Assembly: GCF_009914755.1 (NCBI RefSeq)
Contig: NC_060945.1
Strand: one strand, 5' to 3'
DNA: 64,000 nucleotides
Source of the DNA: the human T2T-CHM13v2.0 reference genome, Homo sapiens
Below the pieces are notes generated by a model. That model saw only the letters and a program-made list of their open reading frames with translations, had not been told where the DNA came from and ran no database searches. The translations under genes and the position numbers were made by a program. Within the stretch, counting starts at the first letter, position 1; every line of letters starts with the position of its first letter. Of the stretch, positions 27,456 through 44,069 are shown piece by piece.

Positions 27456-27885
27456 TGTTAAAGCAAACTAATATGCCCTGAGAAAGAGTCTGTATTTCTA
27501 TATTTGAGTCCTTGTGGACAAACTGTAACCTAGCTTAACAGGCAGAAAAGATTGAAAACCTAACTTAGGAGTATGCGCCTATAACAATAGCTGAGTCTTA
27601 GCCCATCCCAGCAGCCATACTTCAACCACTCATAGACTGCTGAGTGTTCAAACTGTGTTCGAATAAGGCAAACGCCAACCTGTAACCAATCCCGCTGTTT
27701 CTGTACCTTACTGCCAATTTCTGTCCATCACCTCCCTTTTCTTGTCTACAAATTTGCTCCGATCACGAGCATCCCTGGAGTCTCTCTGAATCTGCTGTGA
27801 TTCGGGGGGTTGCGCCATTCGCAAATCATTCATTGCTCAATTCAACTCCTTTAAATTTAATTCAGCTGAAGTTTTTCTTTTAACA
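27456..27885 (+). mobile_element. MER57-type ERV1 solo LTR
   Basis: TGTTAAAG...CTTTTAACA termini, CCAAT motif, 4-bp TSD GTTG (27452-27455 / 27886-27889). Confidence 0.88.
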
Positions 27886-28513
27886 GTTGTTTGATGTTTT
27901 TTAAATAAAGAGGTGACCAGATGATCAGGTTCATTTCCAGTGGATATTTCCTTTTCTGTGTGTGGCAATTGGAAGATGGATAACTAGTGAGTTCCTGTGA
28001 GAACTGTCAAAATGGCATTGCTGTAGTTTTATGAAAGCAAAAAGGTGACATTTAAGATCACATTAAATTCAAGAAGAATTGTCTATGAGTCCAATTTTTG
28101 ATTTCTTGCAAGTAACTAAATAAGGTATATTTTTTATTTTTGGTTTTAGTCATGTCTCTGGTAGAAGACATTCGTGGTATAGCCACAAATCTCCAATTCA
28201 ACACCCATCATTGCTGAAGCTTTCCAAGACAGATGTAGAAGGACATTCAGACAAATTCACGTGGCTCATACCAATATGGTTTGGTCCTAAAACCCCATGA
28301 AACAGGTGAGTTGTGCCACCAATGACTTCCAAGACTCTTGTTTTGCTCCTCTAGATTTATTGTTATCCTATAAACATCTTTGGTGTTTTGTCCTTATAGC
28401 CACAACCTCATATTTACATACATATAATATATGGAGACTCCAAAATATGAACTCTAGGAAAATCACCCATAGAAACATGGAAAGAAATTCTTCACTTCAG
28501 CTACAGCAGCTGA

Positions 28514-29240
<727 letters not shown>

Positions 29241-29458
29241 ATATGTTTTTGAAAAAGTGTCATAAACACTCAATAAATGCTTTCTAATAAATATTTAAAA
29301 TATATAATTCTAACATTACTCTTTAATATATTTAGCAAATAAAATCCAGATACAATGCACTAGCTTTTTTCCTATACAAATAAAATTTAAAAAAAAACTT
29401 TGGTTACAACTATTTAAAAACAGTTTATGTAACTAAGCCATTAAAAAAATAGTTTTAC

Positions 29459-29630
29459 AGCCAGCCATGGTGGCAGGTGCCTTTAATCCCAGCTACCTGT
29501 GAGGCTGTGGCAGGAGAATCGCTTCAACTAGGAGGGAGAGGTTGCAGTGAGCAGAGATTAGGCCACTGCACTCCAGCCTGGACAACAAAGCAAGACCCTA
29601 TGTCAGAAAAAAAAAAAAGATAAAAAAAAC
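29459..29630 (+). mobile_element. Alu right arm
   Basis: Right monomer plus A tail. Confidence 0.88.
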
Positions 29631-29759
29631 AAGAAACAGACATAGTTATAGGTTAATACTTGAAGTGTTTGTTATTCAGCAATAAAACTTTCCCTTGAGA
29701 CTTGGAAGAAACTTAGGCAGGTCCTTTTCAGTTAAAAAAAAAAAAAAAAGCAAACAAAA

Positions 29760-30065
29760 ACTGCTTTGGGAGGCTTAGATGGGAGGATCACTTAGGGCCA
29801 GGAGTTCAGAACCAATCTGGGCAACATAGAAAGACCACATCTCTACAAAAAAACAAAAACAAAAACAAACTTTTTTTTTCATTAGCCGGATCTGGCAGTG
29901 CATATCTGTAGTCTTAGACAGCAAGATTGCTTGAGCTCAGTTGTTCCAGGTCACAGTGAGCTATAGTAGTGCCACTGCACTCCAGCCTTGGTGCCAGAGC
30001 AAGGCCCTGTCTCTAAAATATAATAATAAAATAAATATATATAAATAAAAATTATATAATAAAAA
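29760..30065 (+). mobile_element. AluJ lacking its 5' end
   Basis: CTTTGGGAGGC..GGAGGATCACTT..AGTGAGCTATAG; AT-rich tail. Confidence 0.85.
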
Positions 30066-30739
30066 CAAATATTGCATGTAAGTCAGGGAAGGGAAAAATA
30101 AAAAATAGAAACCTACCTCACAATCACACATCTTTAACATGGTATCAGGCTTTTAGAAATAGAAAAAAAAAGTTTTATGCCAATTTTAAATATGTGATTT
30201 ATAATTTTCAAAAGATACATTGATTCTTAGTCCTGCAGCAACACTACTGATGAGTTTACAACTGACTAGAGATAGTCTTGCTATAATTATAGGTAGAGCA
30301 CATATTTTTGTAGACATTAAGAGGTTTAGGAGATAAAGAAATTATTATATGGACATTATAACTTTTACTAGTATAGCTATTTTGAATTGAAAAATGCTGA
30401 TGACTTTCAAAAAATCAACTGTTGTTTAAATTAGGTGAATCCACATTAAAGAGGCTTAAGGTTATTTAACACACAAAACAAATCAAAATAGTCTATCTGA
30501 ACAACAAATTTCATGGATCCAAAAAAGCAGATATTTAATCCCTCAACATTCTTGTTCTTTGCCCAGCTAAAATTCCACAATATTTACTGTCTGATACGAG
30601 GGAACTAAGTCATTTTTCTATGCTATATGAATAATAGTTTATTTTTACAAATAGAATGATGTGAAAAATGTATCCATCAAGGTACAAAACCTATTTGCAA
30701 AAATCACCTAGTAATCAATGACATGAGTCCTTTGTGTAA

Positions 30740-30860
30740 GATATATCCAGGTTCAAATTCACAGTTTTGCCACTTATTAGCTGTGTTATCCTAGACAACC
30801 TTAACTTTCTCATTCCTTAGGTTAATTGTTGGCAATAGTGATATTTATTCTATATTTGAT
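30740..30860 (+). mobile_element. MIR
   Basis: GGTTCAAATTC..GCCACTTATTAGCTGTG. Confidence 0.6.
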
Positions 30861-30959
30861 ACTTACTCCAGTTTAAATTGGATGTTAAAAAAATACTCAA
30901 AGATTAGAAAATATAATAAAGTAACATGCCCTGGACTGTTCTTTAGCAAGTACTGCTGC

Positions 30960-31710
<751 letters not shown>

Positions 31711-31739
31711 AGATATTACTGTATTTTTAAAGACATCCA

Positions 31740-32910
<1,171 letters not shown>

Positions 32911-33459
32911 AGCAAACAACTCTTGGAAGATACTGCAGATCATCTGGGAGTGTCATCCGGGAAGGCATTTTGAGACAGAATGTAATCATTTTGATCAGAT
33001 ATAAGTTCAGCTCCACAGTTTGAATTCACTAGTATCTTCAGTTAAAGGCCACAGGTGGTAATGATGTCTCCTGTTGCTATATTTAGCGATATAGTAGTTT
33101 TAAGATAGCTCAACTTTAAATATGAAGTTGCGATAAGATTCAGTTTACTCACTCTTCATAAGAAATGTACTGAAGAAAGTTCATATTTACAATATATTAT
33201 TGTTAAAAATAAAATTATAAACGCACTTTTTAATGAATTAATAGCTCTATAAATACCCACTGACTTGGTAACATATGTAAACATATATAAAGCTTAATGT
33301 AACTATTAAACAATGGATTTCAGGTTTATTTTAGAATTTGATATGATAAAAGCACTGCAAAAAGGGCAGTTAAAATGTAGCCTACATATTCTCACTCCGG
33401 ATACTATAAGAAATGAAAAATACCTTGTAAATTACAAGGTAACCCTTGATATATTTGTT

Positions 33460-33680
33460 TAGTATGCATTTATTTATAATAATTGTATAAACACCTATTT
33501 TTTAATTAAAACGCTTATTGAAGACACTATGAACCATGGCATGCAAAAGGCATCAGGATACAACGAGACAGAGATTAAACTCTCAAGCGTTCATAGTGAG
33601 AGGGCAGACAGACAAATATCATTATAATTCAATGTTGAAATTGGGTCAGAGCTATGTGCTCATGGAGAGTTCTATGCCAA
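33460..33680 (-). mobile_element. L2 3' fragment
   Basis: CTTATTGAAGACACTATG...CTCTCAAGCGTTCATAGTGAGAGGG. Confidence 0.6.
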
Positions 33681-34639
33681 AGTCTATAAAACACAGTTCC
33701 AGTCCAAAGAACTTAAAAATGTAACGACAAAGTGAAATCCATATGAACTTTAAAAACAAAATTCCACATTAATTTCTATAAAACTTGTAATTCATGGTAA
33801 CTAAAGTTTAAATGTCCTATATTTTAAATTTGGTATAATCAATTCATTGCAGTCTCTGTATTGTTATCTCAGTGTGTATGTGTGTGTGTATATTAAATGC
33901 AAAACAATCCAAATGAAAGGCACGAGAAAGATAATATTTTTGTCATATATTTTCTACTCTCAAACTTCCCAAATAAATGCCTGTTAATGATTTCAGGTTT
34001 AAAGGGCCTCTTTTCCAAATGCCAGTGAGCATGACAAGTGGCCCACACTTCAAGACTTTATAGCCCTCTGATATACTTGCTCTCAGACACAAACCAGATA
34101 CTTCACCATCTGCTTTTCTTCTTGCTGATCACTCATGTTTTAGGTTAGATAACATCCACAGAAAACCATAAACACATCATATATTACATGATAATTATCC
34201 TTCCTTAAAGATAACAGAAAAGGAAACCCATTTTCTGATGTCACTTACTCCAAAAAGCTTTAAATCCAAAAGATGAGCAATATCTGTTCCACTGAGAAAT
34301 AAATTAGAACATAAATGTTGAACACTCAAGAAACCAGAGATAAATTCACATACAATAACTCTCCTGAAATTGTCTTTGTTTGTAGCACAATATTAAATGA
34401 GCCCAAAGTGAAGGAAGATAAATAACATTTTTAATTTGTTAGACTATCCCACAGATGCACTGGAGAATGCCGGAATATATAGCACATTAGAAGTGCTTTG
34501 TCTGCATCATGATATTGATTCCTCTGATCATAACGGGATATTTTAGCTCAAAATGTGATTTTTATGGTGAGAATAAGGAGAAAACACTTATTGATGAGCC
34601 CACTATTTGCCAAAAATAGTATATTAAGAAGGAAGATGT

Positions 34640-35003
34640 TATATTAGTCCGTTTTCAGCCTGCTTATATAAAGACATACCCAAAACTGGGTAATATATAA
34701 AGAAATTAGGTTTAATGAACTCACAGTTTCACGTGGCTGTGGAGGCCTCACAATCATGGCAGAAGGCAAAAGGCACGTCTTACATGGCAGCAGGCAAGAG
34801 AGAGAATGAGAACCAAGTGAAAGGGGTTTCCCCTTATACAACCATCAGATCTCGTGAGACTTACTCACTACCACGAGAACAGTATGGGGGAAATTGCCCT
34901 CATGATTCAATTATCTCCCACTAGTTTCCTCCTACAACACGTGGGAATTATGGGAGCTGCAATTCAAATGAGATTTGGGTCGGCACACAGCCAAACCATA
35001 TCA
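34640..35003 (-). mobile_element. THE1B solo LTR
   Basis: TATTAGTCCGTTTTCA...AAGTGAAAGGGGTTTCCCC...CCAAACCATATCA. Confidence 0.92.
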
Positions 35004-36348
35004 GATACCCTGAACTATATAAGTCTAAAAGCGAAAAATTCAGGTTTTGCAGTCTGTCCATTCAGTGACCATTTTTAGATAACTAGAGTGATTTGCTGCC
35101 TTTATGCTACTTCCCCCACTCATTCTCTAATTTCAAAGGTGTCTTAGACTTTATCATGAATCACACTATAAATTGTTTTATAAAACTATATTGTTCTTCA
35201 CTTTTTAAAGATGTCTTCAACCTTTACTCCCCCATAGTCATACAGATATGGTAACAAGATCCTACAACAAAAATTACCAGATGTCAAGCTCTGCATTTGA
35301 CTCTGCGCATTTTGAGATCATCAAGTATGTCTTATTCAGCTTCAGTTTCCCAGCCTGACAGAGAACCGAGGACTCAAAAATCTATTGGTTGAATGAAGGA
35401 AACCAAAGTTAGGAGTGCATTAGTCCCCTGGAAGAAACTCATTCATAATTGTATGGTACAGTGTGCTCCCACATGAAAAGGATTAAGAAAAACAATGCCT
35501 ACATATTCGCCTCATTTCTCTCCAGTTACAGTTTTACAGCTTTAACTTTCCCTTTACATCAAATTTCTGGAAAGCTTTGTCTAATTTCTGTATGAATTAT
35601 GATGTCTTGGATTTCACCCTAGCTGGCTATTTTTTCTGTCTCTTTTAAAAGCATCTACTCTTCCTGTCACTAAACTCATGGCCCCAATCTAAGCCCTCTT
35701 TCCTTTCCACTCTACACTTTCAAAAGAGTTAATTTCACCCATGTCCAAATCTTCAATAATAACGTTCACAGATAACTTATGTGTGAAATAATTTATCTAT
35801 ACAACAATTACTTAATATCTCACAAACACATAAACAAACTTGATCTTGTTATTTTATCTTCCAATGTTCCAATGCTAGCTAATTCATCATCACCCATCCA
35901 ATAATGAAAAACAGAGAATTAAGAGTTACCCTGTTCAATACAAGAAAGAGCTACTACATAGTGTGGGGGTTCTGAGAAGGTAGCAGGGGTTAGGACCTCA
36001 AGCACAGGGTACAAGTGGCCTCAAACACAAGGTATATGGGAAATCTTTTTATTATAGTAACAGAGTCAGGTTTGATATCAGAAAAATGAGAAATTCTCTA
36101 CTGAATGGCTTTTGTTTTCAGTGTAAATTACAACATGAATTCATCTACCAAAAATGAATAGGAAAAGTTGGTTGAATTTTTATGAGACACAAGAGAAACT
36201 TGATAGAAATGCCAGGTGGTTTCAAGGTCTCCTTTGAGCATCATGATTATTGACATATAATCAAACCATTTGCCCTGTGGTTGCAGCTTTCTCCATCAGC
36301 ACTCAGTTTCTTATGAAAATAAGTGAGGGAAGAAAAATGGGACAGAAG

Positions 36349-36632
36349 TAGGTTTACAATTCCTTATCCATGATTCCAAACTCCAAAATGTCCTGAAAAC
36401 CATTTTTTTCCAAATTATTTTGGCTGCAAACCAATTTTCTGATAAGAACTCATGTATAGTCTATATTTATTTAAATTAGAGTACATGTAATACATTTTGC
36501 TAAATATGTCTATTGTTTTATATTATGGGGTACTGTCTCAGACTGTTAGAGGTGTTACGTAATGTTTTAAAAATTTGAATTCTGAATCATGTTTAGTTTT
36601 AAGGGCTTTTTGACAAAGGTTTGTAGATTCAG
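36349..36632 (+). mobile_element. MER46C (Tigger family)
   Basis: AGGTTTACAATTCCTTATCC..TTCCAAACTCCAAAA and GGGGTACTGTCTCAGAC..GGTGTTACGTAAT; degenerate TIRs. Confidence 0.7.
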
Positions 36633-36984
36633 CATAAGCATCCATTCAGATTTGACATTTTGCCAGAGGGCTTAATTTTTCCATAACTTTTTGACAACCT
36701 TACCTCAGGAATAATGCCATGTGTGTGCTGAAAATTAAAAGGTAAATTATTAAGTTATGCATTTATATTTGATCTACTATTAATTTTATGAGAAAATAAA
36801 GCACTTTTCTGAAGTTTCCCAGAATGCAATGTGACCAAAACCTTTATGGGAAAAGTTTTTAAAGTGATAATTTGGCTCTGAAATTCCCTTTTGTGTTCTT
36901 ATGGAGAATGGATTTATATAATGGCAATGTAATTTTTCATTTAACATATTTTTCAGTATGTTACATGAGAACTGCTTACCTCAT

Positions 36985-37400
36985 GTTTTGATTACTATTC
37001 CTGTATGAAATACTTTAATGGCTTAAAACATAACACTTATTTTATTAATATCAGCTCTCAAGGATTTTGTGGGTCAGGAGAAAGGTTGCAGCTGAGCGCT
37101 TCTGGCTTGGAGTCTCTCATGATGTTCACTCAGATGGTAGCTGGGCCTGGTGCAGTAGGCCTAGAAATATCTTTCTTTCTATGTTTTCTCAAGCCATCTT
37201 CATATGGTCTCTCTATGTGAGCTATTTGGGCTTCCTCACAGCATAACAGCTCAAGGCTCTTGCACAAGGGTTCCAGCAACTAAAGTGAAACTAATCTTTT
37301 TTGAACTAACCACAAAAGTCACACAGCATCCCTTCTACCACTTTTATTTGTTATAAGCAAGTCATAAGCCTGACATTACAAGAAGGGAATAATAATCAGA
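36985..37400 (-). mobile_element. Old MLT1 (H-K group) LTR
   Basis: TGGCTTAAAACA...TTTGTGGGTCAGGA...TTGGGCTTCCTCACAGCAT. Confidence 0.65.
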
Positions 37401-37499
37401 GAGGTACTTTGCTACACCTTAATTTCTGTTAAACTCTCCTGTCTTATACCTAGAGGAGCTTTAATATGATCCATATAGCTAAACTTGTGAATCACTACT

Positions 37500-39240
37500 T
37501 AGAGCCCCATTACTTCATAGTTCGGCAGCTTTTGATACAGCTGCCAACTTTCTCCTTTCTGAAGCGTTTCCTTCCCTTGGCTTCCATGACACCACACTTC
37601 TCCTTCTTCTCTGTTTATATCTTGTTTCTTCATCAATTCAACCTCCCATAGAGGGCTTGATATGTTGAAGTTTCTCAAGAACCCAGGCCCTCTTGCCTTC
37701 TCACCTTGAAATTTCATCCTAGACATTTGTGTTGATTTCCTGAAGTTGCTATAACAAATCAGCACAAATTTGCTAGCTTAAAACACGAAATGAATTCTCT
37801 CACAGCTCTGGAGGACGGAAGCCTGGAATACTTCCTCCAGAGGATCAAAGGGAGCTTCTGTTTCTTGTTTGTTCCAGCCTTTGGTGGCTCCAGATATTCC
37901 TGGGCTTTTGGCTGCATTACTCCAATCTCTGCTTCCATCTTCATATGGCCTTCTTCTCTGGGTCTAGGTATTTTATAAAGTTACTTGGCATTAGTTTTAG
38001 GGCCCACCTGGATAATCCTAGATGATCTTATTTTGAGATCCTTCACTTAGTTATACCTAAAAAACCAATTTTCCAAATAAGTTAACATTCACAAGTCCTA
38101 GGGATAAGGACACAGACATATTTGGTTTGGGGTGGTGACCATAAACACCATTCAGTCCACTTCAGCATACTTAGCCTATTCTGTGGATTTAATTGCCATC
38201 TACTTAGAAATTCATATCTCCAGCTTTCTGGGTGTCTCTTCTGAGTTCTACATCTATATATTTATAAACATGAAAACCTGTTTCACATCTCCTTTAGATA
38301 TCAGAAAGATTCCTAACACAGTTGTTCAAAATGAATCTCCCTGTAGATGCTCCTGAATCTGCTCCTCCAGTTCTTATCTCAAAAATGGCATCATAATTCA
38401 CCTTGTTTTGCATGTGTTTACAGATGTTAATTATTTTATTCACAATCTGCATATACAAAGATATCCTGTATTTAATACTTCTTAAATATTTCACCAGTTT
38501 CCCCACTTCTAACCATTCTCAATGCTATCACTCTACTAGAACACGAAATCACCCACTAAGAGTAAAGGAGAACATTGCAACTTTAAGGATGAAGTGTCCA
38601 TTATCAGAAGTCTGGACCCCATCACCGCCATCCACTCTGAAAAATAAGGCTGGCCTTCACTACCTTCAATGACCTCTCAAGTCTTTCCACTTCCATTAGT
38701 TTCCACTGTCACTGTTCTAGTGCAGTCACCATTATTTTTCCCCTGAATGATTGTAGAAGCGCCTAAGTGAATCCCAGCCTCACCATCATTCACCCCTCAA
38801 GCTACCCTCCACCTTGCAAAAACAGTGAACTTACAAAACACAAAACTAGTTTGATCACACAAGTGCCTAAAGCCTTTATGGCTTTTCAATGATTTCACAA
38901 TAAAGTCCAAAATACATAACATGGCCTTTCAGCAAGCGACCACTCTCTCCCTCTCTAGGCTCATTGCCCAACACAGCCCTACTTGCTCTAGACCATGACA
39001 CCTTCTTTCATATGGGCCTCTACACAGAATGCTTCTCTGGCTTGCAATGACCACCCGCTCTACTTCATCAGTAAGTGAAACCCTGATTATCTGTAAAGTT
39101 TTGTCTATAACGCTACTTAATTTTATCTTAATGCCACTTCTTCTGGATAGCTCTCTCTAAATTATAGGCCTAAATTTATCTCTCCATTTTTTACTTTCAT
39201 TCCATTTCATACTTCTTTATATCGCAAATGCAATTGTGCT
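37500..39240 (+). mobile_element. L2 fragments split by an MLT1 LTR
   Basis: CTTCCCTTGGCTTCCATGACACC, AATAAAGTCCAAA..CATGGCC motifs. Confidence 0.6.
37728..38164 (-). mobile_element. MLT1B/C LTR
   Basis: GCTATAACAAAT..CACAAA..GCTTAAAAC; TAGGGCCCACCTGGATAATCC; TTTCCAAATAAG. Confidence 0.8.
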
Positions 39241-39248
39241 AATTATCA

Positions 39249-39785
39249 CTACACTTCATCAAATCTAAGTCTACGTTATTTAATAAAACTATTGCCAATC
39301 AAACTGTGACATTCACATTCTTATTAGTTAGAATTTTTGTTTTATCTTAAAGAATGAGCTGTTTAGCCCTATCTACTTGTATTTTATAATATTACATTCT
39401 TTTGTACTTTGCATTCTTTGTTCAAAAAACAAAAATGTTGATTAAAGTATGTATAAAATATCTTCATTATCCCTCAGAGCCCAAATAATCTGCACTACTT
39501 TTCCAGTCAGAATGGTTGATGCCTGTGCTTGCTCATACAATAATATCTGCTGTGTCATCAGGAGTATTGATAGTGTAGTACTTCTTAAAAGTGTTTTCCA
39601 CTTTTGTCTCTGGGAAATTGCTGTCATCCATTCTGAAAATTTTCATGCTTATGCATAGGCAATTAATCGCAACTACCATGGCACAACTACTGGCAAGCCG
39701 TCAATAATTGAGATGCAATACTATTACAGAGATGTTAAAAGAGAAGAAAGAATAATGTAAATTTTAGAATCTAGCAATTTGATAC
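39249..39785 (-). mobile_element. Kanga1/MER104-like TcMar-Tc2 element with a transposase C-terminal relic
   Basis: Termini TTCATCAAATCTAAG / TTAGAATCTAG; minus-strand peptide VENTFKKYYTINTPDDTADIIV resembles pogo-type SFKKCCITNALDGTEDDIV. Confidence 0.65.
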
Positions 39786-40719
39786 ATATTTATATAATTA
39801 TTTGATTAATTCCTATCCCTACTGATAAATTTTCACATCTGCCCAAGCAGATTTTGTATGTTTATGGGGCATTCCATTTCATTGCGTCAATCTTCACCAA
39901 GAATATTACAAAAAATCTGTATCTAGCAGACCTTCCTCTAGAACTCTCTCCTGTTGGGGAGTTTCTGATTACATGCCTGCTTGGAGGACAGGTATAAGAA
40001 ATCAGCTAACACCTCCAAGGACTTACTGTGAGTCAGAGAAGAGCAAAGAAAAACTCCTTTCAATTGTGCCCTTCTGAGCAGGTGAAGGTGCTGCCTGAGT
40101 CCACCACCACACACAGTGCATGAAATTGCTCATGAAATTGCACAAGCCTGTTGTTTTCACCTCACCCAGTTCATGGCATCAAATGGAATACCTGTATCTC
40201 CCTCAGCACACCACTGTGTTCCCTCTTTGGGCTCCTTCATTCGTTGCTGCCTATGTGGACACCTCTTCCTCCCTAATATTTCTTTCCAATGTTTTCAGCT
40301 CTTAGACTGCATTACTAAATCACCAGTGTTTTTAATTGTTGGCCTATCTCTTTGCATATATCAAAACAAGACTCCAGCCCCCAACAATGAGGGATGAGGC
40401 AGGACCTCCTGATGAGTGCTGAGCTGGTAATGCTAGGGGAGCGCTCCAGCATCCTGCTATCCAAATTAAGCCTGAAGCCACTCTTAGTCAAAGAGCCATC
40501 TGAGGCATGGGAAATGCTTACATTCCTCCAGACCAAGCAAGGTACACGGATGAAAGCAGTGAGGAACCAAACTCTGGAAAAGAGAGTTTTGAAAATGGGA
40601 GACCAGTGAAGGACATGATAAATCTCAAGAAGAAAGGTGCAATCTGAAATAACTCGGCTTTGGAAAACTTAGGGACCCAGCATAGGGCACTAGCTTCTAA
40701 TCCAGCACTGGTACTAACT

Positions 40720-41083
40720 GGATACCTGAGCTCAGACTTTGTTGTAACAAAAGATCACCATAGACTGGGTGGCCTGTGAACAATATAAATTTATTTATTA
40801 TAGTCCTGGAGGCTGAAAGCCTGAGATCAGAATGTCTGCTTGGTTGAGTTCTGATAAGGGCCCTCTTTCAGGTTGCAGATCACCAACTTCTCATTGCATC
40901 CTCCTATGACAGAAAGAGAGCTAGCTCTCTGCACTACATATAATGGCACTAACCCATTCATGAGAGCTGCACCCTCAAGACCTAATTACTTCTCAAAGGC
41001 CCCACCTCTAAATATCATCACATTGGGATTAGGGTTTCAATATATGAATTTGGAGTAGGAGGGAAATACAAACATTCAATCAT
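40720..41083 (-). mobile_element. MLT1A/A0 LTR
   Basis: ACCATAGACTGGGTGGC...AAAGGCCCCACCTCTAAATATCATCACATTGGG. Confidence 0.85.
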
Positions 41084-41234
41084 TTGATTTTGTCAATAAT
41101 TGTTTGTTGAATAAATAAAAGCCTGAAATATGATGATTCAACATAGTGAGACATATAAGAAGAAAGCAAGAAATAAAATATTCTGAGACAATGCGAAACA
41201 AATAAGGCATCACCGCACAGACTCATAAAATAAT

Positions 41235-41935
41235 TATGTGGAATTGAATACCCTCTATATGCCAGGTTGTATGTTAAGAGCTTATTTCAATGCTAGACTG
41301 AGGCACTAATTATGACTCCCATTTTATACATGATGAAAATGAGACTTAGAGTGTATAGTACACAGAATAATGTTCTCTCAAAGACATGCCTGTCCTGATC
41401 AGCAGAATTTGTGAATATATTACTTTACATGGCAAAATGGATATTGCAGGCATGATTTAAGTTAAGGGTCTTGAGATAGAAAAGTTATTTTGAATTATCC
41501 AGGTGTGCCAATGTTATCACAAAATCCCTTATAAGGTAATGAGAGGAGGAAGAAGATGTGAAGAGAGGAGCAGAGTTCAGAGAGAAAGAGTAAGAGAGAG
41601 TTAAAGTTGCTATGCTGCTGATCTTGAAGACAGAGAGTGGGGCTGTGAGCCAAGGAATGTAGGTGGCCTCCAGAAGCTGGAAAAGGCAAGGGAACAGATG
41701 TTGCCCTGGTGCCTTCAAAAGCAATGCAGCCCTGACAATATCTGGATTTTAGGGCTCTGACCTCCACAAACATAATACAATGAATTTGTATTGTTTTATA
41801 TTTCAAAGTTTATAGTAATTTGTTACAGCAACAATAGGAAATTAATTCCTTAATACAGAAGGATTAAGGAATTTTCTCAATGATCTCATTTTCTCAGTGA
41901 GGGTCAGCTGAAACCCAGGCATCTCTGACACTGAG
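41235..41935 (-). mobile_element. MIR split by MLT1D
   Basis: CCCATTTTATACATGATGAAAATGAGACTTAGAG | ..GATTAAGGAATT..GAAACCCAGGCA. Confidence 0.6.
41353..41857 (+). mobile_element. MLT1D LTR
   Basis: CAGAATAATG..TTACTTTACATGGCAAAA..GAAGCTGGAAAAGGCAAGG..TTTGTTACAGCAACAATAGGAAA. Confidence 0.85.
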
Positions 41936-42461
41936 TTTTGTCATTTCTCCCATCTTAGTAGCAGGAAAGTCACTCAGAAAATAGATAAATCCACACTTGT
42001 AAAATGGAAGTGTCTCAACCTACTTAACAGGAATTAGGCATTTTTAACATGCTGCCAATAATGGTGAAAAAAATGAACCAGATAAATCTATATGACTGAA
42101 AAACTGCTACCTGTTTCTAAGTACCGAGAGAAAAACTGTTCATCCAATTTTGTTAAGCTTAAATTCTCACCAGACATATATCCTTTTACTGTGGACTCAA
42201 ATTTGATCACTATTCAAGTCTTTTTCAATGTCTTCTCTATGGTTGGCTTACCTCCTAAGCAGATAAAAATTGATTTTCTAATTCTGTATGACTTGTTGCA
42301 CAATATATCTTTTTGTATGTACACAAAACTCTGAAAGCTTACTTAAACTCTGTTAGCTCATGGTTAGCCTCAAATTTACACCAACTTAAGAATTATTTTT
42401 TCTACTAAATGTTGTTTAATAATCATTGTTTTATTTTTATTGCCAAATTCTAGTTTTAAAA

Positions 42462-43066
42462 ATGGTTGGTAGGAATGTAAATTAGTTCAACCCCTATGAA
42501 ACACAGTATAGAGAAATCGCAAAGCACTAAAAATAGAACTACCATTCCACCAGCAATTACATTACTTGGCATCTCCCCAAAGAAAAAGAAAGCATTATAT
42601 AAAAAAAGACACCTGCATTTGGATGTTTATTGCAGCACTATTCACAATAGAGAAGTCATGGAACCACCCTAAGTGCCCATCAATGGTTGCTTGGATAATG
42701 GAGTATCATACAGCCATAATAAACAATAAGATCATATCCTTTGCAGCAGCATGAATGGAGCTAGAGGTCATTATCCTGAGTAAACTAACTCAGAAGCAGA
42801 AGATCAAATATCATGTATTCTCCCTAATAAGTAGAAGCTTAGCAATGGGCAGACATGAACATCAAGATGGAGATAATAGACACTGGGAACTCCAAAAGCG
42901 TAGACAATAAGAGGTGAGTGAGGATTGAAAAATTGCCTATTTGGTACAATGTTTAATACTTGGGTGATGGGCACACTAGAATTGCGTTCCCCACAATTAC
43001 CCATGTAATACCCATGTAAGAAACAAGCACATGTAGCCCCTGAGCCTAAAATAAAATAAAATTTTT
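42462..43066 (+). mobile_element. L1PB1-like 3' end
   Basis: ORF2 C-terminus (CIWMFIAALFTIEKSWN.PKCPS) plus L1PB-type 3'UTR and tail. Confidence 0.85.
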
Positions 43067-43759
43067 AAGTCCTCAATATAATCTATTTATTTCTGAGTTA
43101 AATAAAATATTTTAAGAGAGATAAATGTTTCAACAAAAATATATTTGTACATATCAGCATTTTTATTAATAAAAATATTTGCCTTATTTTGACTTAATAA
43201 TGTATATAATATCAGAGATATTAAAATGTACAATATACAATTAAGATATACAATATCTGAGATACTTTCTCAGATTTTACTGGGGCTTGGAGTGAGTGAA
43301 GAATCCAATCCATAGCCCTTGTTTTCAAGGAGTTTGGTTAGGAAATCAGAATATATTGTCGAAATACAATTCATAAACAAATCCCTGAATCCAAAATATC
43401 CTAAAGGTACTATACCCTCTCTTTAAACCATTCTCCAAACTGCAATCATAACAAGTCAGATTCCAGTTTTGTTTTACTTCCGTATCTTTTTTGGAAGAGT
43501 CAGCTTAAGGTTTCATTGCACAACTGGGAGCTGAAATGTTGAAGAAAAGGATGTTGAGTCCCTGAATATGGAATACGGGCAATGGTATAAGGCACACGAC
43601 TTGGTCAGTGGGTGACAGACTTTAGTAAATGCAGTGTATAAGGGGAAAGGGACCTGTGATTGGACAGGGGGGTCGAGATCACAGAAAAGCCTGAACACTG
43701 CACTCTGTGATTAGTATTTGATTCTTCTATGTTTAAGACATTATTTTCTCAAAAATGTT

Positions 43760-43965
43760 TAGCACGATATAGAACTTAAGAGTACAGGGAGGAAAGCCAG
43801 CTTGCTTGGTTCTTTGCCTTAATTTCCTCATCTTGAAAATGGGATTATATATAGATCTTATCCTAATACAGTGACTGTGAAGATAAAATGTGTTAATATA
43901 GAAAAGTGTCTAGAAGAATGACTGGCACATAAAAAGTGCTAAAGAAGTGTTTTTTACTATTCCAC
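43760..43965 (+). mobile_element. MIR
   Basis: TTTCCTCATCTTGAAAATGGG...TGTGAAGATAAAATG...CTGGCACATA. Confidence 0.7.
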
Positions 43966-44069
43966 ACAACACAGATGTTGAAAAGAGTTCAGGCAAAGCT
44001 ACATGTGATTTCCCTTTACAGATTATTATTTCAACAGCTTTGAGAAATTTAGTAGGGAAAATTTGTTTT

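Noticed and set aside
39860-40715. GC-richer stretch, possibly an old LTR
   Set aside because: I could not assign termini or a family from the sequence alone.
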